From positions 1 through 64,000 of the forward strand of contig OZ251992.1 in assembly GCA_965246885.1 (NCBI GenBank): 64,000 nt of DNA, read 5' to 3'. Positions 28,329 through 38,677 of this stretch are shown here, piece after piece. The stretch's first letter is position 1. Each line of letters begins with the position of its first letter. The DNA is from Abditibacterium sp. GTDB lineage: Bacteria; Armatimonadota; Abditibacteriia; Abditibacteriales; Abditibacteriaceae. The notes under the pieces are model-generated. The model saw nothing but the letters and a program-made list of their open reading frames with translations. It did no database searches and was not told where the DNA came from. The position numbers were made by a program, and so were the translations under genes.

Positions 28329-30455
28329 CTAAACGGGGGTGCCTTGGAGCCAAACGGCACAGGCGCTCCATTCATCGGGCAAGGGGCAGTGGAGAGTGCC
28401 GTTCGCGATGCGCGGCGCGGCTTCGCTTCCGGCCTTCGCAAAGACGGCGGCGATGCGCCACTTTTGGCCGTCGGGCAAGGGGACGTCAAGGGTGTCAGGG
28501 GCGGCACCTGCGAAGCGGTGGCACACGACGAGGGCGCCTGCGTCGCTCCAACGGAGCACGCCCTGCCAGCCGGTCGGGTGGCTATGGGAGGCCACTTCAG
28601 GCCCAAAGCGGCGCGTGCACCCGTGCGCGATGACGGGCCACACTGCCCGATAAAAGGCGCTTCCGCGCATGACGATATCCCACTGAGAAGCGTCCAATTG
28701 GAGCACATCGCCCGACAAGCACATGCGACCCAGTAGCGTGGCGGCAAGGGAGTAGACTATGCGCGCCTCGTCGTCCTCGGCGCGCACGACGGCCCACACC
28801 TGCGACTTGCGCGGCAAGATGGCGCGGTGCAAGTTGGCGGCGATAATGGGAATAGAGCGGAGTTCGTGCGCGTCGGAAAAGGAGGCTTGGTCGCACAAAG
28901 CCATCATGGACGGCTCTAAACGGTGCCCGCCGGACGCGCAGTTTTCAATCACAAGGTCGGGGAGTTCTTCGCGGATGCGGCGCCAGAAGCGTTGCACTCC
29001 GTCCAAGTGCTCGCGCAACGCTTCACCCAATGACTCACTTCCGTCGGCGCCCAAGCCGATGGTGTCATTGTAGTCCACCTTCAGGTAGCCAATGCCGGTG
29101 CGCCGCAGAAGTCCGATGACGCGCTCGGCGAAATAGTCGTGCGTCCACTCGTCGCGGAAGTCGAAGAAGCGGCGCGTTTGCGTGGTCAGGGGAACGCCGT
29201 CGCGGGCGAGGAGATGGGCGGTGTGCTCGTGATACGCGCGCGAGTTCGGCTCGCAGTTCTCGAACTCGAACCAAATACCGACCCCCATGCCGCGCTCACG
29301 GATGGCGCGCGCAGTCGCCGCGAGGCCATGCGGGAACCTATCGGTGTTTTCGTCCCAGTCACCGTGCCCGATGTACCAACCGGCGTCCATCACCAGCACC
29401 TGAGCGACGCCTTGCAAACGGTCAGCGAGGGCGAGCAAACTTTCGTGCGTGGGATTGCCCCAACTGGTGCACCACTCGTTGAACACAATGGGCAAATCGG
29501 CTTCAACGGGCGCAGGGCGGGCCGGTTCGCGCTCTTGAAAAGAGACGAGGCGCTCGCAAATGGCCTCCACGCCGCACGCCGCGCACGCGAGAACCGCAAC
29601 AGGAGTTTCGAAAGTCATGCCGGGCCTCACCAGCTTTTGCCAATGTCCCAACTCGCGGTCGGCCAGCCCCCCGGAAAGCGAGAGCTTGTCGTCGCGGCGC
29701 CCCGCTTCCAGTTGCCAAGAGCCGGGAAGCGCGAGGTGAACGCCCCAACTCACGCCCGCCCCGGTGTCCTCCAGCGCCACAAAGGGGAAATGCCCGCGCA
29801 CGGGCATCGAGCCGACTTGCCCCCAGCGCAAGGAGTTCTCGACCGGCCCCGCGTGGAAGACTTCAAGCTGCAAGTCTTCCAAAGGCTCGCTCCTCAGCCT
29901 TCCTTCGGCGCACCACGCGCTTGCCAAACGGTGCAACACCAAGCGTCCGCTTGCATCGTCGGGCGCAAAGGGTGACAAGCCGCCGATGCAAAAGCTCGAC
30001 AGCATCTCCAAAATGAGATCGGCGCCCCCGGTGTTCTCGAAAACGGTGTGGGACACGAGGAAATTCTCTCCGGCGCGCCATGAAAGATGGTGGTGGCAGG
30101 CGAAACCGCCCGCGCCCGCGAGTGTCGTCACGACGGTCGTTGCGTTGCCCTCGCGCTCAACGTGTTGCCCTTGGAAAGCAAGCCCCGCGACCGATGCACC
30201 GTTGCGGAGCGTCTTGCCTCCAGCGAAAAAGGGCGGGTAGGCGTCGCCGCCAACGTGGAGTTGAACGAGGCTGTCCACGCCCCAAGCGGGCGCGCCCGAC
30301 GCGGCTTTTTCCCTTGCGGGCGTCAAATCTGCCTCGCGTGCCGAGGGAAAGAGCAGCAGACCAACGGCGCCGCGCGCCGCGTCGCGCACAAAGACGACGG
30401 CGGTATCGCCCGCCGCGAAGCGGGACAAAAGGGAAAGGTGCGAGGGAAGTTGCAT
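28329..30455 (-). CDS. Alpha-galactosidase, GH36
   Basis: FNEWCTSW, MDAGWY, RFPHGL, GIWFEFE, YLKVDYN, IENCASGG.R, SFSD; no signal peptide. Confidence 0.9.
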   Translation of the reverse strand: MQLPSHLSLLSRFAAGDTAVVFVRDAARGAVGLLLFPSAREADLTPAREKAASGAPAWGVDSLVQLHVGGDAYPPFFAGGKTLRNGASVAGLAFQGQHVEREGNATTVVTTLAGAGGFACHHHLSWRAGENFLVSHTVFENTGGADLILEMLSSFCIGGLSPFAPDDASGRLVLHRLASAWCAEGRLRSEPLEDLQLEVFHAGPVENSLRWGQVGSMPVRGHFPFVALEDTGAGVSWGVHLALPGSWQLEAGRRDDKLSLSGGLADRELGHWQKLVRPGMTFETPVAVLACAACGVEAICERLVSFQEREPARPAPVEADLPIVFNEWCTSWGNPTHESLLALADRLQGVAQVLVMDAGWYIGHGDWDENTDRFPHGLAATARAIRERGMGVGIWFEFENCEPNSRAYHEHTAHLLARDGVPLTTQTRRFFDFRDEWTHDYFAERVIGLLRRTGIGYLKVDYNDTIGLGADGSESLGEALREHLDGVQRFWRRIREELPDLVIENCASGGHRLEPSMMALCDQASFSDAHELRSIPIIAANLHRAILPRKSQVWAVVRAEDDEARIVYSLAATLLGRMCLSGDVLQLDASQWDIVMRGSAFYRAVWPVIAHGCTRRFGPEVASHSHPTGWQGVLRWSDAGALVVCHRFAGAAPDTLDVPLPDGQKWRIAAVFAKAGSEAAPRIANGTLHCPLPDEWSACAVWLQGTPV

Positions 30456-30461
30456 GATAAT

Positions 30462-31799
30462 TTATGGGCGCGCATCCATCGAATACACTTGGGCGCGCGT
30501 GAGGCGCGCGCCCCGCCCGACGAAGGTGATGCCCTCGCTTCCCTCGGACGGAAAGACAAGCGCCGCGCCATACAGGGCACCGCCCTCGGCGAAGACTTCA
30601 ACGGAGCATCGGTCAACGAAAAAGTGCAAGTGGAACCGCCCATCGCGCACATCCAATGGCGCGCTGAAACACTGCGCGAAGTCAGTTTCAAAGCCGCTTT
30701 GTCCCGCTTGGCGCCGGTCGAGACGCAATTCGCCGGACGGCACGTGATAGACCACGCGCGTCGCCTCATTTTCGCCCACCCGCAAGGCAAAGCCGACTTC
30801 TTCTTCTTCGAGCGCAGAAATATCTATTTCGGCTTCAAGCGCGTACGCTTCGCCGCGAAAGGAAATGCCACGCTCGTCGAAAGTCACCGACTCGCCGCGT
30901 GCGGCCAACAGTTCGCGCGGCGGGTGTTGGCGCAGGGTGCCATCGCGCAATGACAATTCGCGCGGAAGCGTCATGGCGCCGCGCCAGTTCTCGGCTTCGG
31001 TGGGGATTTTTCCGGCATAAGCCCAGTGGCTCATCCAACCGATGATGACGCGGCGTCCGTCGGGGGCGTCGCTCCAACTTACGGCGGCGTAATCGTCCGG
31101 CCCAAAGCTCAGGGCATGCGGCCCAGAGTGCGGCGTGAAGCGGGTGCCGTCGAAGTCGCCCACGTAATAGCGGGTGCAACTGGCGCCAACGGGCGCGTTT
31201 GGCACGATGAACGAAACAAGCAGCACCCAACTCCCGTCTATCTCGAACAAGTCGGGGCACTCCCATATCCAAGTCGCATCGGGCGCGGGGAAAGAGGAAA
31301 GCAGCGTCCAAACTAGCAGGTCGGGCGAAGCATAAAACTGCGCGTCGCTGCCCGCCGCCACGACCATCCGCCAACCATCGGCGTAGCGGAAGATTTTCGG
31401 GTCGCGGAAGTCGGGCCGGTCGCTTGTTAAAACGGGGTTGCCGGTGTATGTCTGCCATGTGCGGCCCTCGTCGTCCGAAAAAGCGAGGCTTTGCACTTGG
31501 CCATACGCGGCGTGGGCGTGCGTAAAGCAAGCCACCAACTGCTCGCGTCCATTACGCTCGCACACGGCGGCGCTGCCCGACCAAATATCGCCCAAGGCAT
31601 CGGGCCAAAGCGCGACGGGGAAGTGTTGCCACGTCACCAAATCGCGCGAAGCGGCGTGCCCCCAGTGCATCGGCCCATGCTTGAGTTGCGTCGGTTCGTG
31701 CTGATAAAACAGATGCCACCAGCCCTTTTGGCAAACAAGGCCGTTCGGGTCGTTGAGCCAGCCGCGCGGCGGCGCAAAATGATAGATCGGGCGATACAT
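30462..31799 (-). CDS. Beta-fructofuranosidase/levanase, GH32
   Basis: WLNDPNG, HLFYQ, WGHA, WSGSA, FRDP, WECPD, D.CSVEVF; no signal peptide. Confidence 0.93.
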   Translation of the reverse strand: MYRPIYHFAPPRGWLNDPNGLVCQKGWWHLFYQHEPTQLKHGPMHWGHAASRDLVTWQHFPVALWPDALGDIWSGSAAVCERNGREQLVACFTHAHAAYGQVQSLAFSDDEGRTWQTYTGNPVLTSDRPDFRDPKIFRYADGWRMVVAAGSDAQFYASPDLLVWTLLSSFPAPDATWIWECPDLFEIDGSWVLLVSFIVPNAPVGASCTRYYVGDFDGTRFTPHSGPHALSFGPDDYAAVSWSDAPDGRRVIIGWMSHWAYAGKIPTEAENWRGAMTLPRELSLRDGTLRQHPPRELLAARGESVTFDERGISFRGEAYALEAEIDISALEEEEVGFALRVGENEATRVVYHVPSGELRLDRRQAGQSGFETDFAQCFSAPLDVRDGRFHLHFFVDRCSVEVFAEGGALYGAALVFPSEGSEGITFVGRGARLTRAQVYSMDARP

Positions 31800-31837
31800 G
31801 GGTTGATTCAGTCTTCCATTTAGTTAATTTTTCGGTT

Positions 31838-32032
31838 GACGCACACAGTTTTGTCGTCGGCGCGCATAAATCAACGGTTGGCGCGCATAAATCAACGGTT
31901 GATACACCTCTATCGGTCGTTGGCGCGCATAGTTCTTTCACTGACGCACCTCCATCCCTCACCGACGCGCATAGTTCTTTCACTGACGCACCTCCATCCC
32001 TCACCGGCGCGCATACCTCTTCGGTTGGCGCG
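31838..32032. repeat. Degenerate 21-bp-period tandem array (9+ units) containing a 42-bp higher-order duplication
   Basis: GGCGCGCATAAATCAACGGTT x2; [G(G/A)CGCGCATAGTTCTTTCACT + GACGCACCTCCATCCCTCACC] x2. Confidence 0.85.
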
Positions 32033-32042
32033 GGTCTCTGTC

Positions 32043-34229
32043 TCATGGCGCCAGTTTCATGCGGCCCCAATGGGTGCGGTCAGTGGAGTTTTTGTCGCTG
32101 CCGTTCCACATCAGTTGCCGCTCGCGTCGGTTCGCGGCGCCGTCGTCTACAGCCAAATCGAAGCGTAGCTCCCGCCCCGCGCGCGGGGCGGGAGCTACGC
32201 CCAGAGCCGCCCAAGGGATGGCGGCTTCAAGGGTATACCCTTTGCCGTCCACACCCGGCACGACGACAGTTTTGCACTGGGTGGGCGCGAGCGCATGGGC
32301 GATAAAGGCTTGGCCGGAGTGTCCCGCGCCCAAAAGCACTTGGCGGTCGGAAAACAGCAGTGGGCCGCCGCCGTCTAAGCCCTCGCTGCCAATGAACAGT
32401 TCCAAGCCGTCCCCGTTCCACAGGTTCGCGCCTTCTTGCGCGTTGTTCATGGGCGTGGGGTCTTTGACGATGGCGAGCAAGTAGAAGTTGTCGTCGTCCC
32501 AGCAGGTCTTGAAAGCGGCCCCCAAGTTCTCGCCGCCAGTTCCCTGCACCATCCGGGCAGGCGAGATGGTCTGCGCGGGCAACCCCCCAAAGCCCGCGCC
32601 AGTGCCGTCGAAGGCGACGGGGCCAATTGCATGGGGGCAGACAAGTGTTTTGGCGGCGTCGCTTCCAAGTTGGAAGCGTGGGTTATTCCACACAAACGGC
32701 GCGCGTTCTCCCAGAGAGACGCGGTAGATGTCGCTATTGGTGCGGGTCATTTCGGAGAGGGCGTCGCTCCAAGGGCGGTCAGCGACGCTGAGCAGTCCGG
32801 TGTTGTTGCCTTCGCCGTGCAAGCCCTCGAACCAGCGCCCGGTCGCGCTTTGGTCAACGAGGGTGAACCACTCCGTTCCCACCACGAACCCCAGCGAAGC
32901 GGCACCCTCGACGTAGTTCCGGTAGGCCAAGCCGCGCTCGCGCTGGGTGTTGACGGCCTGCACGCCGCCCAAACCCGACTGCGCGGGCGCGCTCCAATAG
33001 AACTCCGACAGCATCAGGGGCCGCTCGCCGCTCCACCGGTAGATGCGCTTCAACAGGTCGCTATCCAGAGCATCGGTGTAGTAGTTGAACGAGACGACAT
33101 CGCAGTAGCGCCCCATCAAGCGGCACAGCGTTTCGTTGTTGATGGTGCCCGCTTGCAAGCGGTTGCCAAGCAGCAGATGGTGCCGGTCGTAGCGGTGGAA
33201 GGTGTCGGCGAGCAGGCGGAAGTAGGAATTGAGAAAGAGCGCGGTGTAATCGCCCATATCCGCCGCCGCGCGGGGCGTGCGCACGGGTAAGGGCGCGTCG
33301 TCCAGCGCCTCGAACGAGGCGTAGTTTACTCCCCACGCCGCGTTGAAAGCGGCGATGGTCTGGTATTTGGCATGGAGCGTCACCACCAGTTCGCGCTTGC
33401 AAGCGTGGCTCCGGTCGAGAGTGGGCACGACGCGGGGCACATCCTCCAGCAGGGGTTCGTTGGACAAATAATAGCCGATGAGAAGTGGGTCGTCTTGCGC
33501 GGGCGCGACGTATTTAGCGAAAGCGGCGGCAAGTGTGGGCGCGTTGGACGGCTCGAAAGGGTCGAAGACGCCGTTCACGCCGGGGAGAATCGGCAGGTTA
33601 ACCGGCAGATGCCCGACGAAAGGGAAGTTGGCGGCGTGCTCGCTTTGCGTGGGAGGCGAGAAGGCGCCCGCCGAGTTGAAGCCCCACCCTTTGAGCCGCC
33701 CAATCATGCGCGCGGTGTAGCTTTCGAGGTCGTAGGGCCTGCCGGTCTTGCGGATGAGGTTGGCGAGGTGGAAGGAGAACGCGCGCGGGTCGTCGGCGCG
33801 ATACGCGGAAGCGTAAGCGCCCGCGCGTGGGGGGAGCCACTCGTAAGCGCTCTCGCGCCCCGCGACGAGGGTATATTCGTCGCCCGGCGCGAGCACGCAC
33901 ACGCCCAAATGAAAGAAGGCGTCGCCCATCGGATCAACGAGCAACCAGCGCCCGCCGTGCCGCTCGACGTGGAAAAAACCCGTTGCACGCAGTCTTAACG
34001 CTTTGCCGCTTCCGCTTAGGCCGCCGAAACGGTTGGCTTTGAAGGCGGGCGCAGGTTTGGCGCGCGCTTTGAGGCGCTCGTCGGCGCGCAGTTGCGCTTC
34101 GTCGCTCACCTTGCCGGGGTAAGCGGCGCCAACGGGCTGGCCGAAGCGGTCGAGGAGCGGCGCGGCGCGGGCCAAGGGGGGAGCAAGCAACGGCGCCAGA
34201 AGCAAAGCGGCAAGAAACAAGCGGTTCAT
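32043..34229 (-). CDS. Exported GH50 (beta-agarase)-like clan GH-A hydrolase with C-terminal CBM9-like domain
   Basis: Signal peptide; DRFGQ, ATGFFHVE, WLLVDP.G, WGFN, IGYYLSNEP, VSFNYY, LSEF, WF..VDQ..GR; C-terminal WDDDNFY, DGLELF, YTLEAAIPW. Confidence 0.75.
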   Translation of the reverse strand: MNRLFLAALLLAPLLAPPLARAAPLLDRFGQPVGAAYPGKVSDEAQLRADERLKARAKPAPAFKANRFGGLSGSGKALRLRATGFFHVERHGGRWLLVDPMGDAFFHLGVCVLAPGDEYTLVAGRESAYEWLPPRAGAYASAYRADDPRAFSFHLANLIRKTGRPYDLESYTARMIGRLKGWGFNSAGAFSPPTQSEHAANFPFVGHLPVNLPILPGVNGVFDPFEPSNAPTLAAAFAKYVAPAQDDPLLIGYYLSNEPLLEDVPRVVPTLDRSHACKRELVVTLHAKYQTIAAFNAAWGVNYASFEALDDAPLPVRTPRAAADMGDYTALFLNSYFRLLADTFHRYDRHHLLLGNRLQAGTINNETLCRLMGRYCDVVSFNYYTDALDSDLLKRIYRWSGERPLMLSEFYWSAPAQSGLGGVQAVNTQRERGLAYRNYVEGAASLGFVVGTEWFTLVDQSATGRWFEGLHGEGNNTGLLSVADRPWSDALSEMTRTNSDIYRVSLGERAPFVWNNPRFQLGSDAAKTLVCPHAIGPVAFDGTGAGFGGLPAQTISPARMVQGTGGENLGAAFKTCWDDDNFYLLAIVKDPTPMNNAQEGANLWNGDGLELFIGSEGLDGGGPLLFSDRQVLLGAGHSGQAFIAHALAPTQCKTVVVPGVDGKGYTLEAAIPWAALGVAPAPRAGRELRFDLAVDDGAANRRERQLMWNGSDKNSTDRTHWGRMKLAP

Positions 34230-34261
34230 TGGGAAGAGAAAAGGGCGCCCCCGCCGCACCC

Positions 34262-36670
34262 TTAAGGGACGCGCGGAGCAGTGGAGGGATGCACCACAAG
34301 CGGGTCGTTGCCGGTGATGGGCGCGAGGGGAAAACCGGGAAGCGCGGAGATGGCATCGCCCCGGTCGTCATAGACGGCGTTGTCGGTTCCGGCCTGAGCT
34401 TTAGTGGTGTCGCGTCCGCCGCGCGCGCCCGGTGCGCCCGCCAGATAGGTCACGACGACCGATTTGGACGCGGGCGCTGTCGCCGTGAGTCGGATGTGTG
34501 TCGCGTCCACGATGCGAACACTCGCCGGATTGCCGAGCGCGCCGCCGTCTATCCCGATTTGAAACCCGGAGGGCGTGCCACCCGCCGCGCTCACCAGTTT
34601 GGTGCCGCCGTTGGGCACGACGACCAAATCCACGACGGTCGCGCCGTTCTCGATGTGCCAAGAGGAGCGCGCCCTGTCCACTTCCGGGCCAAGGCCGGAA
34701 AAGGGCGCAGCGCCAATGGCATGGGCGAGGGTTTGCGCGGCGCGACTGGCGAGGATGCCAAGCCCGGAATCGTCGTCGGAAAGATGGGTGCCGTCTTGCG
34801 TTGTCTCATCGAGGGCAAAGCAAAGCACGCCGACGGGCTTGCCTTGCGCGGCGCGCGAGCGCGCCCATTCAACATCGAAGGAGCGGATGCCGTCGGCGTT
34901 GCCGCCCACGCCCCAATCGCCGTTGAGGGGAAATATGAAGAACTTGTAGGGCCAAGGGCCGCCCGGCGCGCTTTGCACGGCGGCGTCGTATTGTGCGAGC
35001 AGTTGGTCGAGGGCCGCGTAGCGCGCTTCGCGGCTCATCCCGACATCGCCCTGACCGTTGCCCCACACCCCGAACTGCGGGCGGGCGCGCTGAATGAAGC
35101 GCTTCCAGCGCGCCCAACGGTCGGTGTCGCCCAAGAACTCGTGGATGGGCGAGCCGCCGACCGCGAAGTTGCCCACGCCAACCGGCCCTTGTGACAGCAA
35201 GGCGAGGCGCTCACTTAAGCGGTTTTCGCCCCAGTTGTCGCGCGACGTGTTGGGCGCGGCGGGCGTCCAGCGCGTTTGCCAGCCTTGCGGCTGCGAGTTG
35301 TCCTGATACCCGGCAGTGTTTTGGTTGAGGTCGGAATAAGCGCGCACATATCCGCCGACTTGCGGGGCGAACGAGCGCCCGCCGCCGCCGTCGTCGCGCA
35401 TCTTTTGCAGGATGGATTGCCCGCCAACGCCCACCACGACACCGAGGGAAAAGCGGCGGTGCAAGCGCTTGGCGGGCGACCATTCGCCCCCGCTTTTCCA
35501 TGACACTTCCGCGTCGTAGTCGGCGAAGCCGTTGGGGATGCCCGCCACGTCGCCCCGCCAACTTTGCCCGTTGCCAACGGCTTGGGCAACCGTCGCCCAA
35601 GCGGTGCCGCCCTTGGCGGCGTCGGGGAGCGGTTCGGGCGCGCCCCAAGGCACGACGCGCATCCGAATATCGGCGCCCGGCCCGACGCGCGTGCCCCAAA
35701 AGCGCGCCTTGGACGTGGCGGCGGGAAAGGGCGCGCGTGGCAAGACCTGCCCAAAGCCGTCCATGTCCACAAGGACATCGTCGCCGACCTTGGCGGGGAG
35801 AAGCGAAGGCGACGCGGCGAATTTGCCGCTTATGGTGCCCGCTTTGCCGCTCACCAGTTCGTCCAACTTGCCATCGGTAATGGTGCCGGGGTAATAACGG
35901 TCGTCGCGGGCGGCGCTCAAGGCGACGACATCGCGCGCGTCGGCCCCCGCGAAAAGGCGGCTCATCTGGGGGCGCGTCAGAGCGCCGCCGTTCCAGATAA
36001 CAACCCCTTGCACCGGTTGCTTCCAGAAGGTGAAGGGCCATTCCGGTTGCGATTTGAGGAGCGCGCCGCCGATGCGCGCGGTTTTTCCGGTGATGCCCTT
36101 GAAGCCGCCGTTGGTAATGCCGCAGTCCATCAAGCGCGCCCCCGCTTCGTCCACGCCCCACAGTTCGACGCGCCCGCTTCGACAGAGCAGGGCCAGCCCA
36201 TGCACGCGCCCGTCGTCCATGCCCGCTTGCCCGACCAAGGGCGTCGCGCCGCCCTCGCCAAACAGCAGGTCGCCCCCGGCAGGAACGCGCGCCGAAGCGC
36301 TCGTGCCCGCGTCATCCTTGGCCGTTGCCACGCAAGTGTTGGCGAAGTGCCCGTATTTCCAAGCGTTGGGGTATTGCGCGCACCACGTGAGAGAGAGGTG
36401 TCCGGCGTCAGTAAAAAGTGTGTTGGAGGGCGTTCCGATGGAAAGCACGGTGCCGGTTTGGTAGTTCCCCGGCGCGATGCGGGTCACGAGGAACACGCTC
36501 CAATCGCCATCGGAGCGCAGCGACACGGCGGGGAGTTCGACGCTGCCGTCCTTCTTTTCGGCGCTGTCAAAAGCAAAGGCGGAAGCGGGGGCGGCGCGCT
36601 CGGTGTGGAAGGGCGCGGCGGGGGCGGCACCCGCGCAAACGGCGGCGAGCAGGAGGGGAAGGAGTTTCAT
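34262..36670 (-). CDS. Exported multidomain protein: LamG/ConA-like N-terminus + SGNH (sialate O-acetylesterase/CE6-like) esterase
   Basis: Signal peptide; GGQS, NFAVGGSPI, WGNGQGD and DGTHL blocks of the SGNH fold. Confidence 0.65.
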   Translation of the reverse strand: MKLLPLLLAAVCAGAAPAAPFHTERAAPASAFAFDSAEKKDGSVELPAVSLRSDGDWSVFLVTRIAPGNYQTGTVLSIGTPSNTLFTDAGHLSLTWCAQYPNAWKYGHFANTCVATAKDDAGTSASARVPAGGDLLFGEGGATPLVGQAGMDDGRVHGLALLCRSGRVELWGVDEAGARLMDCGITNGGFKGITGKTARIGGALLKSQPEWPFTFWKQPVQGVVIWNGGALTRPQMSRLFAGADARDVVALSAARDDRYYPGTITDGKLDELVSGKAGTISGKFAASPSLLPAKVGDDVLVDMDGFGQVLPRAPFPAATSKARFWGTRVGPGADIRMRVVPWGAPEPLPDAAKGGTAWATVAQAVGNGQSWRGDVAGIPNGFADYDAEVSWKSGGEWSPAKRLHRRFSLGVVVGVGGQSILQKMRDDGGGGRSFAPQVGGYVRAYSDLNQNTAGYQDNSQPQGWQTRWTPAAPNTSRDNWGENRLSERLALLSQGPVGVGNFAVGGSPIHEFLGDTDRWARWKRFIQRARPQFGVWGNGQGDVGMSREARYAALDQLLAQYDAAVQSAPGGPWPYKFFIFPLNGDWGVGGNADGIRSFDVEWARSRAAQGKPVGVLCFALDETTQDGTHLSDDDSGLGILASRAAQTLAHAIGAAPFSGLGPEVDRARSSWHIENGATVVDLVVVPNGGTKLVSAAGGTPSGFQIGIDGGALGNPASVRIVDATHIRLTATAPASKSVVVTYLAGAPGARGGRDTTKAQAGTDNAVYDDRGDAISALPGFPLAPITGNDPLVVHPSTAPRVP

Positions 36671-36688
36671 GGGGTGGGCGCCCGCGCC

Positions 36689-38665
36689 TTACGGAGCCGG
36701 ATAGAGTTGGCTCATCGGCACGACCTGCGCGCTTTGATGGCCGGGGCGCATCCACGACAAAACGGCGTTGGCGCCTTGGGTGTCGTCGAAATACTCCATC
36801 TTGAGCGCGTATCTGCGCCCCGCTTCAAGGGCGATTGTCCCGCTGCCATTGGAAAAGGGGCCGCCGACCCAATGATCAATGAGGGGTTTCCCGTCCACCC
36901 ACAAGCGCACGCCGTCGTCGGTGTTGGTTTGGAAGGAATAGGTGCCGCCTTCGAGGGCTTGGACTTGCCCTGTCCAACGCACCGACCAGTGGTCTGGCCC
37001 CACGCCCGCCATCGGTTTGCCGTCGCTTCCGCTTGGGCTGCCCTCGCCCCACCAGTAGTTGACGTTGGCGTCGGTGCGCGTGGCCATCAACTTCTCAAAG
37101 TTCTGACCGGCATAATACTCCGCGTGGAGGCCCGTTCCGTCCCCCAACGCGGGGTAAAGCTGACTGGTAGGAACCGTCTCGAACCCCTTAGCGCCGGGAC
37201 GCTTCCATTCCAATGTGCCTTTGCCCGCACCGAGCAGTTCGGCTTTAAAGGGATAGCGCTGTCCAGCCACAAGAGGGATAGCCTGAGCGCCCACCGTCTT
37301 GCCGTTCACCATCACGCGCAATTTGCCGCTTGCGGGGGCGCGAAAACTGTACAATCCGCCTTCCAAGGCTTGCAATTCTCCGGCGAAGCGGGTTGCGGGA
37401 GCGGTTCGGGCGCCAAAATCAACCGTTGCGGCTTGTGCCGTCCCGATCGGTTTATGCCATCCTTTGTCGGAATAGTATGTGGCGGTCACTCCGGCACCCA
37501 ATCCGGGGATAGCGGCGCTTGGGTCGGCGAACAAGGCGCGAAAACGCGCCGCCGATTGCGGGAACTCGTTGGTCTCGTCCTCGCTCAGGCCGGGGGAGAG
37601 TTGATGGTGCCCATCGCCCGCTTGCACGTCGAAGTGGCAGGCGAAATACACGTTGTTCGTGGGGTCGTTGATAAAGGCGTGCATCTTGTCCACGAACGCC
37701 ACGTTATCCAAACCGCCGTGCCCGTCCTCGCGTTTAGAGATGCTCCATTCCGGCAGCGCGAAGAGCTTACCGTGCGCGCGGGCGAAGTCGCTCCACTCTT
37801 TGAGTCCCATCTGTCCGCCATACGTGAAGTCGTTCCAAGCGCGCTCGCGGCGCCCTGCGGCTTCTTCTTTGGTGGCGCCGTCGGGGATGGGGTAGGTGTC
37901 TTTGGCCCACGACTCATCGTAAACGTCTAACCCCACGATGTCCACCACGTCGTCGCCGGGGTAGGCTTGAGCGGAAGGGAACTGTTGCCAGCCCAAGGCG
38001 GGGTTCCAGCAGAACTGGAGCTTTTCGGCGCCCTTAACGGCGTGCATCGTCCCGACGATTTGGCGCCAATAGGCGGCCCACGCTTTGGGGTCGTCGCTGG
38101 CGCGGTGCGTGTACCAGCCGCCGTTGAACTCCCAGCCCAAACGCAAGACGCTGTCACCCAGCCCGTAGTCCACGAGGTTTTGCGCGAGGGCTTTGAAGTG
38201 CGCGTTGTAGTCCCCCTTGGCACCCGCTTGCAACGAGACGGGCTTGCCCGCATCCGCCCCACGCTTGGCGCCGCTCCTGTCCCAGCCACCGGGAAGAAGC
38301 GGGATGGACAAAATCAGGCGGCGGCGCGGGTCGGCGTGCTTCCAGTCGCGCCATTCGCCCAGTTGCCAGCCGCCGCCCTCGATGTTGTTTTCCCACGCAT
38401 CGTTTGGCTCGAAGTCTTCGGCCCACACGACGGGTCGGTTAATCCACCGGCTGTATGCCAAGTTCGCCTTGGCGCCGCCGCTCTGATTGGCCGCGCCCCA
38501 CCGATACGCCGCTATATAAGGCGCCTTAGCGAGGGGAAAATCGGCGAGAGCGGGGTGCGGCGCGGGCGCGGTGTCACCGGGCGCTCCGGCGGCGGGCGCG
38601 GCGAGGGTGCAGCCGGAGGACAACAGCAACGCAGCGCCCGAAAGAAGCAGGGGGAGAAGTTTCAT
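36689..38665 (-). CDS. GH26 glycoside hydrolase with two PA14 domains, probable lipoprotein
   Basis: LSSGC lipobox; LRLGWEFNGGWY, WNP, YPGDDVVDIVGLDVYD, HGK..ALPEW; PA14 motifs WSVRWTG, TDDGVRLWVDG. Confidence 0.88.
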   Translation of the reverse strand: MKLLPLLLSGAALLLSSGCTLAAPAAGAPGDTAPAPHPALADFPLAKAPYIAAYRWGAANQSGGAKANLAYSRWINRPVVWAEDFEPNDAWENNIEGGGWQLGEWRDWKHADPRRRLILSIPLLPGGWDRSGAKRGADAGKPVSLQAGAKGDYNAHFKALAQNLVDYGLGDSVLRLGWEFNGGWYTHRASDDPKAWAAYWRQIVGTMHAVKGAEKLQFCWNPALGWQQFPSAQAYPGDDVVDIVGLDVYDESWAKDTYPIPDGATKEEAAGRRERAWNDFTYGGQMGLKEWSDFARAHGKLFALPEWSISKREDGHGGLDNVAFVDKMHAFINDPTNNVYFACHFDVQAGDGHHQLSPGLSEDETNEFPQSAARFRALFADPSAAIPGLGAGVTATYYSDKGWHKPIGTAQAATVDFGARTAPATRFAGELQALEGGLYSFRAPASGKLRVMVNGKTVGAQAIPLVAGQRYPFKAELLGAGKGTLEWKRPGAKGFETVPTSQLYPALGDGTGLHAEYYAGQNFEKLMATRTDANVNYWWGEGSPSGSDGKPMAGVGPDHWSVRWTGQVQALEGGTYSFQTNTDDGVRLWVDGKPLIDHWVGGPFSNGSGTIALEAGRRYALKMEYFDDTQGANAVLSWMRPGHQSAQVVPMSQLYPAP

Positions 38666-38677
38666 GGCGATGGAGGG

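Noticed and set aside
31838..32032. 21-bp arrays as possible CRISPR arrays
   Set aside because: There is no invariant repeat alternating with unique spacers, the period is too short, and no cas genes are present.
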